From Eledone cirrhosa (Eukaryota), in the NCBI GenBank assembly GCA_964016885.1, contig OZ024746.1, positions 78,492,001 to 78,556,000 of the forward strand: 64,000 nt of DNA, in the 5' to 3' direction. Both the position numbers and the translations under genes were made by a program. Shown here one piece after another: positions 1 through 12,634 of this stretch (position 1 is the first letter of the stretch; each line of letters starts with the position of its first letter). The notes beneath the pieces were generated by a model. That model worked only from the letters and a program-made list of their open reading frames with translations. It was not told the DNA's origin and made no database searches.

Positions 1-554
1 GATTGCTTTGACCCATTGTCTGCCGCATATATTTTACACAGCTACAGTTGCTGTGCTGGGTTTTTTTTCCCCCAGTAAAATGACTATTTTGATTGACAAA
101 CGCCACGTCAATAAACTAGTAACCCCATCTAGCTTTGAAGTTAAGAACTTTTGAGAATGAGTTGATGGTAAAGATATGAACTGTTAGGAGTTCAAACATG
201 TTAGGAAGAGTTAACTTGTGTATGGCACTGAAGAGTCTAGTGCCTTGATAAAACACATTCAGTACATTTTGTGAAATGGTAGTGCTTACGCCATAATAAA
301 CATACAATCTCACAACAGCCAGTTTTGTCATGGGCTAATTGCATATTCACTTACAGATTTACACATGACTACTCAAATTATACAAGGATTATCTCCCTAC
401 AAAACCTCTCTAATATCTAAGATACCCTCTGAGCAGCATTTCCCCCAAAATGACTGACTGAACACACATGTGCTTTTTCACCTCACCGCATTAAAAAATG
501 TTTTTTCTTACTATTCTCACTCTCCTCTATCTTTATATTCTTTTATTTCTCCTA

Positions 555-590
555 TCTTCTGATGGAGGATTACCATCTGAAACGTTAAGA
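555..590 (+). ncRNA. Degenerate minimal type I hammerhead ribozyme (H1)
   Basis: UCUU-CUGAUGG-A-GGAU uacc AUCU-GAAA-CG-UU-AAGA; A9->G core change; stem II covaries with the 7079 copy. Confidence 0.6.
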
Positions 591-611
591 CTCTTTTTCA
601 ACTATATTTAA

Positions 612-831
612 CCCTTTAGCATTTACATTACTCGATATATACTATTGTATTTTCGTAGTGAAGGCTTTAACTCACATAATTATCACACAAAATATCGAAT
701 CTATGAGATTTTGATGTTATTTATTTTGAGAACAATAACTTCACATCAGTATGAGTAGCTAATTACAGCCAATTTGAACAGAGAAAGGTAGAGAATTCTG
801 GCCGGATATGGCCGGTTTAAATGCTAAACGG
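612..831. mobile_element. piggyBac-like MITE (family M1), 220 bp
   Basis: TTAA at 608-611 and 832-835; TIRs CCCTTTAGCATTTA / TAAATGCTAAACGG; four more copies in the window. Confidence 0.85.
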
Positions 832-1409
832 TTAAGTGTTAAACTAATATATATCTTCATTGTACTGTATTGTTGGCTTTGTTCTTTTCCATTTACTTTT
901 GACATATATACATGTGTATGTACATGTGTGTCAGTGTTTAATATCGTTGCTTATGTCATGTTGATTAGCTTTTGACAAAAATCAGATTGATAAAATAAGT
1001 ACCAAACTTGATAAGGACCCCCAAAATTGTACAGGGGTCCATATGATCAAATTAAAACTCTTCAAGGAAATGCCCCAGTCTAGAGACTGAAACCAGGATA
1101 AAGAATAAAAGAGCTATGAAGCATGGTGGTTTAAACTGTTGACCTTTATTGAATTATACATATGTTCCTAGTTTGCAGCTGTAGCATAAATACAAATATT
1201 GATCGTGGTGGGCTTTTGGGGGCTGTTTGTGTCTTTATATTTATAGGGGGTGGAGCAGGTCACCTCTTTCCCATTATACCAATGTATGGGATTGTTTCAT
1301 CTCAGCCCCTACCATGTCTCACCATCAAACATTTGGTATATCCTTGATGAAATAGAGCTAAGGCTTCTATATCTCTCTATCTATCTCTTTCTCTCTCTTT
1401 CTCTCTCTT

Positions 1410-1496
<87 letters not shown>

Positions 1497-1568
1497 TCAT
1501 CATTTTTATGGCTGCTTTTCCATGCTTGCAATGAAATTGTATGTGCATTGTATCACTCCTCCTCCCCC

Positions 1569-1625
<57 letters not shown>

Positions 1626-1700
1626 AACTGTTAAATGATGATAATGGTGATCTATGCCCACATATGTCTGTGTGTGTGTGTGTGTGAGAGAGAGAGAGTG

Positions 1701-1741
<41 letters not shown>

Positions 1742-1860
1742 GCTGTAATAAGGTCTAACTTATCTGTAAATGTGGCATTAATAGAGAACAGCAGGCATTG
1801 ATTTACAAGAGATAACAGCAGGGTATGAGTGAAAGTAATCTGAGCTGATCTCATGAAACC

Positions 1861-2315
1861 TTCTTCTTCTTCTTCTTCTTCTTCTTCTTCTTCTTCTTCT
1901 TCTTTGTCTTCTTCTTCTTCTTCTTCTTCTTTGTCTTCTTCTTTGTCTTCTTCTTCTTTGTCTTCTTCTTTGTCTTCTTCTTCTTCTTCTTCTTCTTCTT
2001 CTTCTTCTTCTTCTTCTTCTTTTTCTTCTTCTTCTTTTTCTTCTTCTTCTTTTTCTTCTTCTTCTTCTTCTTCTTCTTCTTCTTTGTCTTCTTCTTTGTC
2101 TTCTTCTTCTTCTTCTTCTTCTTCTTCTTCTTCTTCTTCTTCTTCTTCGTCTTCTTCTTCGTCTTCTTCTTCTTCTTCTTCTTCTTTTTCTTCTTCTTCT
2201 TTGTCTTTTTCTTCTTTTTCTTTTTCTTTTTCTTTTTCTTCTTCTTCTTTTTCTTCTTTTTCTTCTTCTTCTTCTTCTTCTTCTTCTTCTTCTTCTTCTT
2301 CTTCTTCTTCTTCTT
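1861..2315. repeat. (TTC)n trinucleotide tract with TTG/TTT interruptions
   Basis: Direct reading; explains the poly-E, poly-K and poly-S ORFs. Confidence 0.95.
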
Positions 2316-2462
2316 CCAATACAAACAAAATAACTCTAGTCAAAAGCAATATCACCAACGTCATCATGAAAGAACGAAACAACACCCATTAAATATATCA
2401 CATGTATGTGTATGTACATTCACACATACATACACATATATACATATATACACACATATGTA

Positions 2463-2493
<31 letters not shown>

Positions 2494-2574
2494 GATAAAC
2501 TTGCAACCTTCAGTAAGTACTTTAGGAGGGTTAGAAATGCATGTTTGATCTTTTTGTTACCTCCCCTTATTAAT

Positions 2575-3085
2575 CCTCCTCTCCATTAACACCCACCTCT
2601 CCACCACAACTCTCCTCTCTACCACAGCCCTCCTCTCCACCACCACCCACCTCTCCACCACAACCCTCCTCTCCACCACAGCCCTCCTCTCCACCACCAC
2701 CCTCCTCTCCACCACAGCCCTCCTCTCCACCACCACCCTCCTCTCCACCACAACCCTCCTCTCCACCACCACCCACCTCTCCACCACAACCCTCCTCTCC
2801 ACCACAGCCCTCCTCTCCACCACCACCCTCCTCTCCACCACAACCCTCCTCTCCAACACCACCCTCCTCTCTACCACCACCACCTTCCTCTCCAATACCA
2901 CCCTCCTCTCCACCACAGCCCTCCTCTCCAACACCACCCTCCTCTCCACCACAACCCTCCTCTCCAACACCACCCTCCTCTCTACCACCACCACCTTCCT
3001 CTCCAATACCACCCTCCTCTCCACCAAAGCCCCCCCTCTCCAACACCACCCTCCTCTCTACCACCACCACCTTCCTCTCCAATAC
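2575..3085. repeat. C-rich minisatellite, about 21-24 bp unit (CCCTCCTCTCCACCACA...)
   Basis: Direct tandem repetition. Confidence 0.9.
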
Positions 3086-3657
3086 CAACTTTCTCATCCT
3101 TGACTCAGTCAACATCTCACCATGGATATCTATCTTGTGTTTATGTATGTATTTAATCTCCTCATACCTCCACCTTCTCTTTCTATTATTGGATAACTGG
3201 CTAGTTGGTTGAGTAGCTGGCTGGTTGAGTAACTGGCCAGCTGGTTAGTTGAGTGGCTGACTGGGTGGTTGAGTGGATGGTTAGCTGGCTAGTTGAGTGG
3301 TTAGCTGGCTGGCTGGATGGTTGAGTGGCTGAGTAACTGGTCGGTTGGTTAGTTGAGTGGCTGGCTGGTAGAGTGGATGGTTGGCTGGCTAGTTGAGTGG
3401 TTAGCTAGCTGGCTGGGTGGCAGGCTGGCTGGTTAGTTGAGTGGCCTTTCTAGATGAAATGTGAGTTTACCAACTGCTATAAGAAACACTAAATTGAGAC
3501 CATCGTTTGCCAAAATTCTCTCCCTGGGGATGATGTTATATCTGTAGGTAGGAAGGTGGCACAGGAGAAGGTTTATGCTTTGTTGTTGTTTATTGTTTAT
3601 TCATGAATTATTCTGAGCACACCAGCAGAGTGCCTGCCAGAGTGTTTGGTCCATTTC

Positions 3658-4140
3658 AGTGATCTATAGGTCCACATGAGTCCTGGTTCAGTCTGTGTGT
3701 AAGTGATCTGTGGTCTGTCAGACTGATCTGTAGGTCAACTTGACCCGTGGTTTGGTCAGTGTTTAAGTGAATTGTGGTCTACCTGAGTGATCTGTTGGTC
3801 AACTTGAGTCATGGTTTGCTCTGAGTATAAGTGAACTGTGGTCCATCTAACTGATCTGTAGGTCAACTTGAGTCATGGTTTGGTCTGTGTGTAAGTGATC
3901 TGTGGTCCATCTAACTGATCTGTAGGTCAACTTGAGTCATGGTTTGGTTTGTGTGTAAGTGATCTGTGGTCCATCTAACTGATCTGTAGGTCAACTTGAG
4001 TCATGGTTTGGTCTGTGTGTAAGTGATCTGTGGTCCATCTAACTGATCTGTTGATTCACTTGAATCCTGATTTGGTCTGTTTGTAAGTAAGTGTGGGCCA
4101 TTTGAGTGATCTGTAGGTCTACTTGAGTCCTGGTTAGGTC
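3658..4140. repeat. 64-bp minisatellite, about 7 copies
   Basis: Unit start CTGATCTGT recurs at 3851, 3915, 3979, 4043; outer copies diverged. Confidence 0.9.
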
Positions 4141-4381
4141 TCTGACAACCCATTCAACCTTTGCTAGCAGGGAAAATGGACATTAAGTGGTGAGGATGAT
4201 ATATCTTTATGTAGGTATGTATGCGTATGTGTATGTGTACACACACAAACACATATATATATATATATATAGCTTAACCCTTACAAGCATGGTAAGACTG
4301 TGGTGAAAACCAACGATGATGATACATGTATTCACATATTTATATATATACATATATGCATGCACTTTCACACACTCACAC

Positions 4382-4527
4382 ACACACATGTGCACATACT
4401 CACGTACGTTTGCATGTATATACATATACGCACACACGTACGTTTGCATATATATATATATGCAAACGTACGTGTGTGCGTATATGTATATACATGCAAA
4501 CGTACGTGAGTATGTGCACATGTGTGT
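4382..4527. repeat. Perfect 146-bp palindrome without spacer
   Basis: Centre 4454/4455; the same peptide appears on both strands in the ORF track. Confidence 0.92.
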
Positions 4528-4616
4528 ATATATATATATATATACGTAGGTCCCGGGTTGAGTCGGGGATAACCACAGTAAGTAAGGTACTCAATACATG
4601 GCAGAGTAAAAAATTT

Positions 4617-4746
4617 TTTTATTTTATAGAAGGAGCTTCTACAGGACTAGTACTGTTTCATTCAGATGAAATCTTCAGAACTACCTGAAGATTTCATCTG
4701 AATGAAACAGTACTAGTTCTGTAGAAGCTCCTTCTATAAAATAAAA
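4617..4746. repeat. Inverted repeat, 62-bp arms, 6-nt spacer, each arm carrying a hammerhead core
   Basis: Arms 4617-4678 and 4685-4746 with one mismatch. Confidence 0.92.
4678..4730 (+). ncRNA. Type I hammerhead-like motif (H2), with a mirror copy on the minus strand
   Basis: CUGAAGA-U-UUC aucu GAA-U-GAAA-CAG uacuaguu CUG-UA-GAAGCU; core intact, stem I imperfect. Confidence 0.6.
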
Positions 4747-4751
4747 TAAAA

Positions 4752-4790
<39 letters not shown>

Positions 4791-4935
4791 TACATACATA
4801 GATGCTCACACAGATAGTGTATTTTATTATTGTTAAGACAACTTATAGTGGTGGAAAAAATATATATGAAAGCATAGTGTTTTATTTATCATTGTTGTTC
4901 TTTTGAAATGTTTCAGTGGTGCCAATTTATATATG

Positions 4936-5021
<86 letters not shown>

Positions 5022-5153
5022 TATATATATAAATAACTTCTCCACACATGCCTATACTCTCTCATACACACAATCACATAGCGATGCACATCACACATCC
5101 ATGCATATGTATATGTGTGTGTGTGTATATCTATATCTATATCTATCTATCTA

Positions 5154-5268
<115 letters not shown>

Positions 5269-5589
5269 TGTGAAGAATTAATTATAATAGTATGTTTTAT
5301 TATTAAGTTGTTGTTCAGACAAGTTTCAGCGGTGCATATATATATAATATATATATGTATATGTATATATATATGTGTGTGTGTCTGTGAATATATCTAT
5401 ATACACACATACTCTGGGTGAGAGAAAAAAAAAAAAATAATGTGTAGTTTTTACCGTTTCTCTTTTTTTGTTCTTGAGATAATTATCTCTCGTTTAACAC
5501 AACATTCTTTTGTGTCAGAAGCTGCTTACTCGTAACAGTAAGCCAAGTTGATGGCAAAACAAACCAACTTTTACAAGAATTTCTTGTGC

Positions 5590-5619
5590 TGCTCTACAAC
5601 ATACATCATACAACACATA

Positions 5620-5653
<34 letters not shown>

Positions 5654-5860
5654 CTTTTAACACACTATCATCTTCATCATCATCATCATGACCAAGAATA
5701 TGTTGTTCTGCTTTACTACATACTTCATATAACATATACTGTATATATATATATATATATAATACTTTTAACACACTATCATCTTCATCATCACCGGCAT
5801 CATCATCACCATCATGACCAAGAATATGTTGTTCTGCTTTACTTCATATAACATATACTG

Positions 5861-5917
<57 letters not shown>

Positions 5918-5965
5918 CTTTTAACACACTATCATCTATCTTCATCATCTCAGTGATCATCATCA
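5590..5965. repeat. About three tandem copies of a 120-180 bp unit containing (TA)n and (CAT)n
   Basis: CTTTTAACACACTATCATC recurs three times. Confidence 0.75.
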
Positions 5966-6078
5966 TCATCTATTCACTTTCCTGACATTTGTATGTTATT
6001 CTATGTACTATACATGCACCTTTGATGAATTGTAGTGCACCTGAGCACTGTACACAATAATTTCATTATTATTATTAC

Positions 6079-6131
<53 letters not shown>

Positions 6132-6371
6132 GTTGGTTTTGATGATGATGATGATGATGATGATGGCCAAGAATCTGTTGTATTGCTTTACTGCATACTT
6201 CATACAATAAACATATAATAATTTACACATACTATCTATAGTCTTCATCATCATTATCATCTTCATCATTGTGATCATCACCATCATGACCATCATCATC
6301 ACTATCATTATCATCATCTTCACTATCATCATCATCGTCGTCGTTGCTGTTGTTGTTGTCAAGTATGAAGA

Positions 6372-6587
6372 AAAATTAAGGTGCTGCTCACTTTTTTTTT
6401 TTTCGACTACTTAAGCACTGTGTATCACGAACACATACCAAAAGAGCAAACAATTGCAAAAGAATGCTACCAGGAAGTCCCCTGGTGTCTCTGTGATGCA
6501 GTTCAGAACAAGAGACTGCTTCTGTAGTCCTTATAAAACTGGCAGCTGCATCATGACAATGCCCCGGTTCATTCATCACAGCTCATT
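6372..6587 (+). pseudogene. Mariner (Tc1/mariner) transposase fossil fragment
   Basis: Reads KIKVLLTFFFFDY...YHEHIPKEQTIAKECYQEV...DAVQNKR..*..*NWQLHHDNAPVHSS; HDNA motif, two in-frame stops. Confidence 0.85.
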
Positions 6588-7078
6588 GGCAAAGAAAAGA
6601 ATTTTACTAATTTGCTCTGCTCCCTAGTCTCTAGGCATGGGCCTTTCTGACTTCTGATCAAGCCAACAATGCTTTAACATACACTACCAATGAGGTTTAA
6701 TATGATGAGAACATATCTGTTGCTTTTACCAAGTGGTTTATCAGGCAAGATGTACCCCTTACTGCATTGCCCATGTTTGTCAGAACTTGAAAGGATTCAC
6801 TATCACTGGAGTTATCTCTCTTACTCACTTTTCCGAGACTTTGACACCTCCAAAGGGAGTTCAAATTGTAAGGACAATCCTGATTATTTGAAGTTTTTCA
6901 GGCTATTATATTTTATATGGAAAACCTTATTGTGTGTATGTATGTGTGTATATGGAATGGACCTCAGTTGGTTTTGATGATGAGTATAAGGTGAACTTCT
7001 TAACCACATTTGGCCACGCTGCATTCATGTCCAATTCCACCTCGCCCATCCCTTCATTCTATCTTATTTCTCATTCTT

Positions 7079-7114
7079 TCTTCTGATGAAGGACTAGCGT
7101 CCGAAACGTTAAGA
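7079..7114 (+). ncRNA. Minimal type I hammerhead ribozyme with intact core (H1)
   Basis: UCUU-CUGAUGA-A-GGAC uagc GUCC-GAAA-CG-UU-AAGA; 4-bp stem I, 4-bp stem II, palindromic ACGU stem III; predicted cut after 7110. Confidence 0.8.
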
Positions 7115-7209
7115 CCCTCTTCCTGCTATTTCAAGCATTAACCTAATATATTCCTTCCATATACTGTACCGATTGTCTTGTTATTTGTTTACCTTTTATA
7201 TACATACAT

Positions 7210-7357
7210 ATCATCATCATCATCATTTTATGTCCGCTTTTCCCTGCTTGCAAGGGTTGGACTGGTTCTTTTCAGCACAACATCTTTCCACACATCGCGA
7301 TCCTTTATCATTGCCTTTGTGATACGAGGTCAGCTCTCACAACTTCTGCCCAGGTCC
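7210..7357 (-). mobile_element. RTE LINE 3' fragment (same family as 12635-13157)
   Basis: Minus strand reads TWAEVVRADL...KDRDVWKDVVLKRTSPTLASREKRT* then (ATG)n. Confidence 0.85.
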
Positions 7358-7526
7358 TATGTATGTGTATGTGTGTGTGTATGTATGTGTGTGTAAACAG
7401 TCTCTTTATGTCCAGTTATGATAATGTTGTTTTACAAAAGGAAGTGAGGAATGGTGTCAGGGCAGTCTTTCATATTTGAGAGCTTGGAAGTCTTGCTGTC
7501 ACTATCCATTTGCTTATTATTATATC

Positions 7527-7712
7527 TTGGCGGTATTGGTAGGGGGTCGGATGCTATGTTTTGCAGCATAGAGTTACGGCCCTTTGAGGTCTGAGTTTAA
7601 ATCCTGCCAAGGTTAACTTTGCCTTTCATCCTTATGGGGTCGATAAAATAAAGTACCAGTAATGCACTGAGATAATTGCTGGCCTTGTGCCAAAAATAGA
7701 AACAATTATTAT
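7527..7712 (+). mobile_element. tRNA-derived SINE family A
   Basis: A box/B box head, GCCTTTCATCCTTAyGGGGTCGATAAAATAAAGTACCAG centre, AAACAATTATT tail; more than 12 copies in the window. Confidence 0.85.
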
Positions 7713-7774
7713 ATCATCATCATCATCATCATCATCATCATTATTAATATTATTATTGTTATTATCTTTTGCAG

Positions 7775-7928
7775 GCTGAAGTATCTCAACTGGAAGGTTC
7801 CCTGGAAATTGACCAGCCAATCTTCCCCCCTTATCTTGTGGCACACACGTCTGTGCTCTGCGACGCTCTCCCTTATCTGAAGCAGTTAACACAAACAGCT
7901 CGTTGTATAATCATTATACCTTTAGCTG
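7775..7928 (+). CDS. SMG5: SMG5 internal exon, start of C-terminal PIN domain (AEVSQLEGSLEIDQPIFPPYLVAHTSVLCDALPYLKQLTQTARCIIIIPLA)
   Basis: Acceptor ttttgcAG at 7773-7774, donor GTgagt at 7929; 154 nt, phase 0/1. Peptide matches vertebrate SMG5 EVSQLEGSL...PYLVPDTQALC...IVIIP as recalled. Confidence 0.93.
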
Positions 7929-10813
7929 GTGAGTATTTTCATTTCCTTGCAGTGGTATTTTTTCTTTTTTTTTGGGGGGGGGGGGGGGTGCTTATTTTTA
8001 TTTTTTTTTAATATGGCGATTTTTTTTTTTTATAACTTTGATAGGTTTCGGCCAGTATTGGCCCAGGCCATGTCTAACTTAATAGTACCACCTTATACTC
8101 CAGTAATAATACATTTTCATTCCAGTAATGAAATGCCTTGTTCAAATACATAACTCAGTTGATGTGTTGTGTTCTTAAGAAAGGTAAAATTGACCTCAAC
8201 AGGATTTGAACTCAGTACACAGAGAACTGAAACAAATACTGCACGACATTTAATCTGATGCTCTAACAGATCTGCCAATTTACTGATTAATGGATAACAT
8301 GGGTGACTATTTACTGCCTTAATTACATACTAAATACTATATAGTATATAGTATGTACTATATACTATGTGTGGCATACACACAGCTGAGAATATCAAGA
8401 TAAGTGGAAGAGGGGGAGGAAGGGGAGGGGGCATTGGTAGTGTTGGTGGCAGTGGGAGTTGTAGGAAGGGCTGCATGAGTGCTGTGAAACCCCAGCAGAA
8501 TTGAGAAACACCCCCCAGAATATCTAACAGCTGTTATCATTAGTAAATAATAAGCATGATAAGTGTCAGTGTTATTGCACAGCAACATGGATGAATACAC
8601 ACTCAGACACACACATACACACTCAGACACACACATACACACACACATTAACACAAACAATAATAATACTTACGCATACACACACATCCATGCACATGAT
8701 GAAATACTTATTTATGCATGCACATACACACACACACACACACATATGATAAATATACTTACACATGTATATATACACTCATGCACACTATAAAAATATA
8801 TATTCTTGCATATACACACTCACATAAAAATACGCATACATACACACGCATACATAATTATATACAATAGAAGTATTCATGAATTCACATACACATGATG
8901 AAATTACTTATGTACACATACACTAAAAATACACACACAGTAAAAATACTTATGCATTCACATACAGACACATACACACAGTAAAAAATACTTATGCATG
9001 CACATACACACACATACACAGACACACACACATAGACACACACACATGATAAAAATGCTTATTTATGTATGCACATACATACAGTCATATACATGTACAA
9101 GTAGATATACACAGCTAGTCACCATGCAAGCATGGCTGGGGTGGTTCTATGATGAATTACATGAAGTTCTTGACAGCAGAATTGTGGATGTACCTCAGAG
9201 TTAACTACTCAAGCGTGAAAAATGGGAGTGGTGCCATTTTGATTGATGGATTGATTGAAGCCAGCTGCCAGGAGACAATGTCAGGTTCCAAGTGACAAAG
9301 ATTTGATCATCTGGAATGCCTGTCTGTCAGTAGTCCAGAACTTTAACCATTGAGCCTACATGCCCATCATATATGTGTTTATGTGTGTATATATATACGT
9401 GTGTGTGTGTGTGTGCATACTTCAATGAAAATAGAAAGTCAGATTGCAATATATTCCTTTAATGTTTCACAATTACATAATACATATTTCTATAGCCAGC
9501 TTCGTTATCAGACTATGATGCAAGACACTCAGCGACTTCAACAGATTTAATGAACATAAAGGATTTAAAAGATTTATTTCAGTAAACTCTACTGGGTTAC
9601 AGCCAAATATAAAGAAAGAATTGATATGGAGGTAGCCTGGTTAGTGATGTCTGATCTGGCAATTGGCTCCTTTCAGTTTTTGATATGTATGTATGGAAGC
9701 TGTCAGCAGATAGGGTTGGGTTCTGTTTATAGTTTCTTTACCAGCAAAGGTTTGTTGTGTCATCATAAACCGAGTCAGGACTCTAGCAGAGCCACTGACC
9801 TCAATTAAGCATCCAATTTGACTTATGATTGGTTGAATATTCCATAGACATATGTAACCTGAATGTAATTCTCAAGCAGAATCAGCGTGACACAATATAT
9901 GCCATTTAGATTACCAGTACAGTCCATCTGATGGGCTTCCAAACAGTTTCTGTTTATCCAATTTCACTCATAAGGCTTGAGCTGACCCGAGGCTGTGGTG
10001 AAGACTCTTGTCCAGTAGTATTGCACCTAGAATCTCATGATTATGAAACAAACTTCTTAACCATTGAGTGTCCATGATAGACTTACTAGGAACTCTTGTC
10101 AGAAGAACCAGTTTGATAACCTCTTTGTGGTAGTTGAAACTGCTAGAAATAGCTGTCAAATCTCTCTTAAAATACAACTGGAATAGATGGTTGTGTATGA
10201 GAGGTACAGTGAGAAGTAAGAGGAAGCAGGAGTGGTGGTGGTGGTGGTGGTGGTGATAATGATGATAAGACAATGATTATGATAATTTGATTAACTTTAA
10301 ATTCTTCCACCACTACCATCACCATCACCATCCCACATTTTCTACACTTCACCTGCTTGCACTATGTACTTCAACACTTCACAGTCTACTTACCACCACC
10401 CACACACCTTCCTGTGGTAACCAACCCGTCCCCTGGGAAATCCCTTTGTGAAAACTTTACCCTGGCCCTTGTTTCTGGGTTACATATGGCACAGCCCCAC
10501 TTTCTTTGCGCCATTCCACACCCTACTCTTTCTTTGTTCATTCTCTCTCTCTCTCTCTGTCTCTCTCTCTCTCTCTCATGTTTCAAGAAGCAATGAGAGT
10601 AGGGTGGGGTAGCTACTTCTTGCTCTTCCCCACCTCCTTTTCAAAAGTGCTTTACTTGTGGAGGTGGGGTTGGCAGGGGGCAGGTGCTGGCTGGCAATGG
10701 GCAGGAATGTTGTCAGTGATTAGAGCTCTTCAGTATCTGACAGCATGTAAGAATTCTCCTTTTCGCTCTATATCATGTTCTCCTCTGTCAGTGAGTTATG
10801 ATGCGATGAGATG

Positions 10814-10849
<36 letters not shown>

Positions 10850-11424
10850 ATAATAATAATAATAATACTATACTGCTGCTGCTACTACTACTACAATGCC
10901 ACAGTTTTCTACTCCCACCTTCCTTCCCGCCCTACCCAAGTGAATGGAATAGCTGAACTTAAAAACAGAGTTTCCCTTACTTACAACTTGTCTGATGGGA
11001 TTTCACTTTCTCCTGTTTTTGCTTCCTCCCCCTCATCTTCTTTTGTCCCTACCCCCTTTCCTTGTTTGTCTCTCAGTCTCTCTCTCTCTCTCTCTTTCTT
11101 TATACCTTCTTTTTTTCTTTTCTTTCTTTTCTTTTCTATATTCTCCTCTATTTTCTATTGTGGTGTCTCATTTCCAAAACACCAAACTCCTCTGTACCTT
11201 AAATGTTGCATTGTGTTTGTTGCATTTACTTACAAAATACCACCAAGAGAATTGGACCTTGTTGCTGTTGTTTTTGGTGTTTAGGGTTCAGTTTACACAC
11301 GGGAGGGAAAGAGGAGGGGGGGGGGAGAAGGAAGAGGTGGGAGAGAAAGAGGAGGAGAAGGAGGAAGAAGCAGAAATAAGTGAGTAACAACAATAACATC
11401 AACAGACATTATTGTTAGCCAGTG

Positions 11425-11590
11425 GGGCAGTGGATTGCCAGTATTGGTAGAGGGTCAAACGCTATGCTTAGCGCCATAGAGTTATGGCCCTTTGCGGTCT
11501 GTTTTCAAATCCCACCGTGGTTAACTTTGCCTTTCATCCTTATGGTGTCGATAAAATAAAGCACCAGTAATACACTGGGGTAATTACTGT
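11425..11590 (+). mobile_element. SINE family A
   Basis: Same head and centre as other copies. Confidence 0.8.
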
Positions 11591-12634
11591 TAGCCATTGA
11601 GGGCAGTAAGTTTGCAGAATTGTTAGAAGAGCATTGGAGAAAATTTTTCACGTTATTTGTTCTGGTTTTTAATATTCTGAGTTCAAATCTCACTGACGTC
11701 ATTAAAATTAAGTAGTAAACAAGTTAAAAGATTAAAGTCTGTCCCAAGCCCAGAGCTTATCCCAGTTTCATTGGCGTCAAGCACCAATCTCTATTCCTTT
11801 TCATGTCATCATCATCATCGATAAAATAAAGCGCCAGTAATGCACTGGTATAATTGCTGGCCTTGTACCATTTTCCTTGCTAGCAAGGGTTAAGTAGGTT
11901 TTTGCTGATTGAGTCAGTACTCAAGCAGAGCTTCAGACCTCTCAGCTGTGCAACAGAAAAGTGCACCATCGCTGTGAGGCTTATGAAGAGAGCCCTTAAT
12001 TTAGTGCCTTTAATAAACTATATAATTTAGAGCCCTTAATAAACTATATCTTGACCTGACCATTACAAATGAATAATTCTTGAGAGGGAGAAATTATCAT
12101 GTGATACAGCAGTCCACATATATATATATATGTATATGTCAATGTGGTTGGCGTTAGGAAGGGCATCCAGCCATAGAACCCCCAGCTAGAAACACCCCCA
12201 TATGAGCGTGGCACGGTCACCCGACACAACTTGCCTCAAAATAGGACCCGTCTAACCCATGCTAGCATGGAAGGACGTTAATCGATGATGATGATGATGA
12301 TGATGATGCTTTTAAGCAAAATATAAAAATGGCTAAACAAGACTACAATAAAATAATAATAAAAAGAAATGGCAAAAACAAAGCTAATGAAAAAATATAA
12401 TAATTGCAATGATAATTGAGCAATTGGAGTAGATGTATGTATGTATGTGTGTATATGTATGTCTGTGTGTATGTATGTATGTATGTATATATGTGTGTGT
12501 ATATATGTATGTATGTCTGTGTATATGTGTGTATGTATGTCTGTATATGTATGTATGTCTGTCTGAGTATATGTGTGTATGTTCATATGTATGTATATAT
12601 GTGTATGTGTATATGTGTGTATGTTCATATGTAT

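Larger units (their letters stand above)
440..905 (+). mobile_element. Hammerhead-bearing dispersed repeat (Penelope-like pLTR/retrozyme remnant, family H1), interrupted by a MITE
   Basis: After removing 612-835 it aligns with 7050-7200 and the reverse complement of 54830-55055. Confidence 0.6.

Noticed and set aside
1459-2392. Poly-Glu/Lys/Ser ORFs
   Set aside because: (TTC)n microsatellite.
6690-6977. 95-aa ORF as a Penelope GIY-YIG end upstream of the 7079 hammerhead
   Set aside because: Only a vague TLTP-like resemblance in another frame; not supportable without a profile search.
8036-8066. Minus-strand GGCCA-atac-TGGCC-GAAAC half hammerhead (similar half motif at 5313-5335)
   Set aside because: CUGANGA box missing; possibly truncated remnants but not supportable.
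9495-9590. Possible cryptic or poison exon after tttctatAG
   Set aside because: No SMG5 similarity, no clear donor, no transcript evidence.
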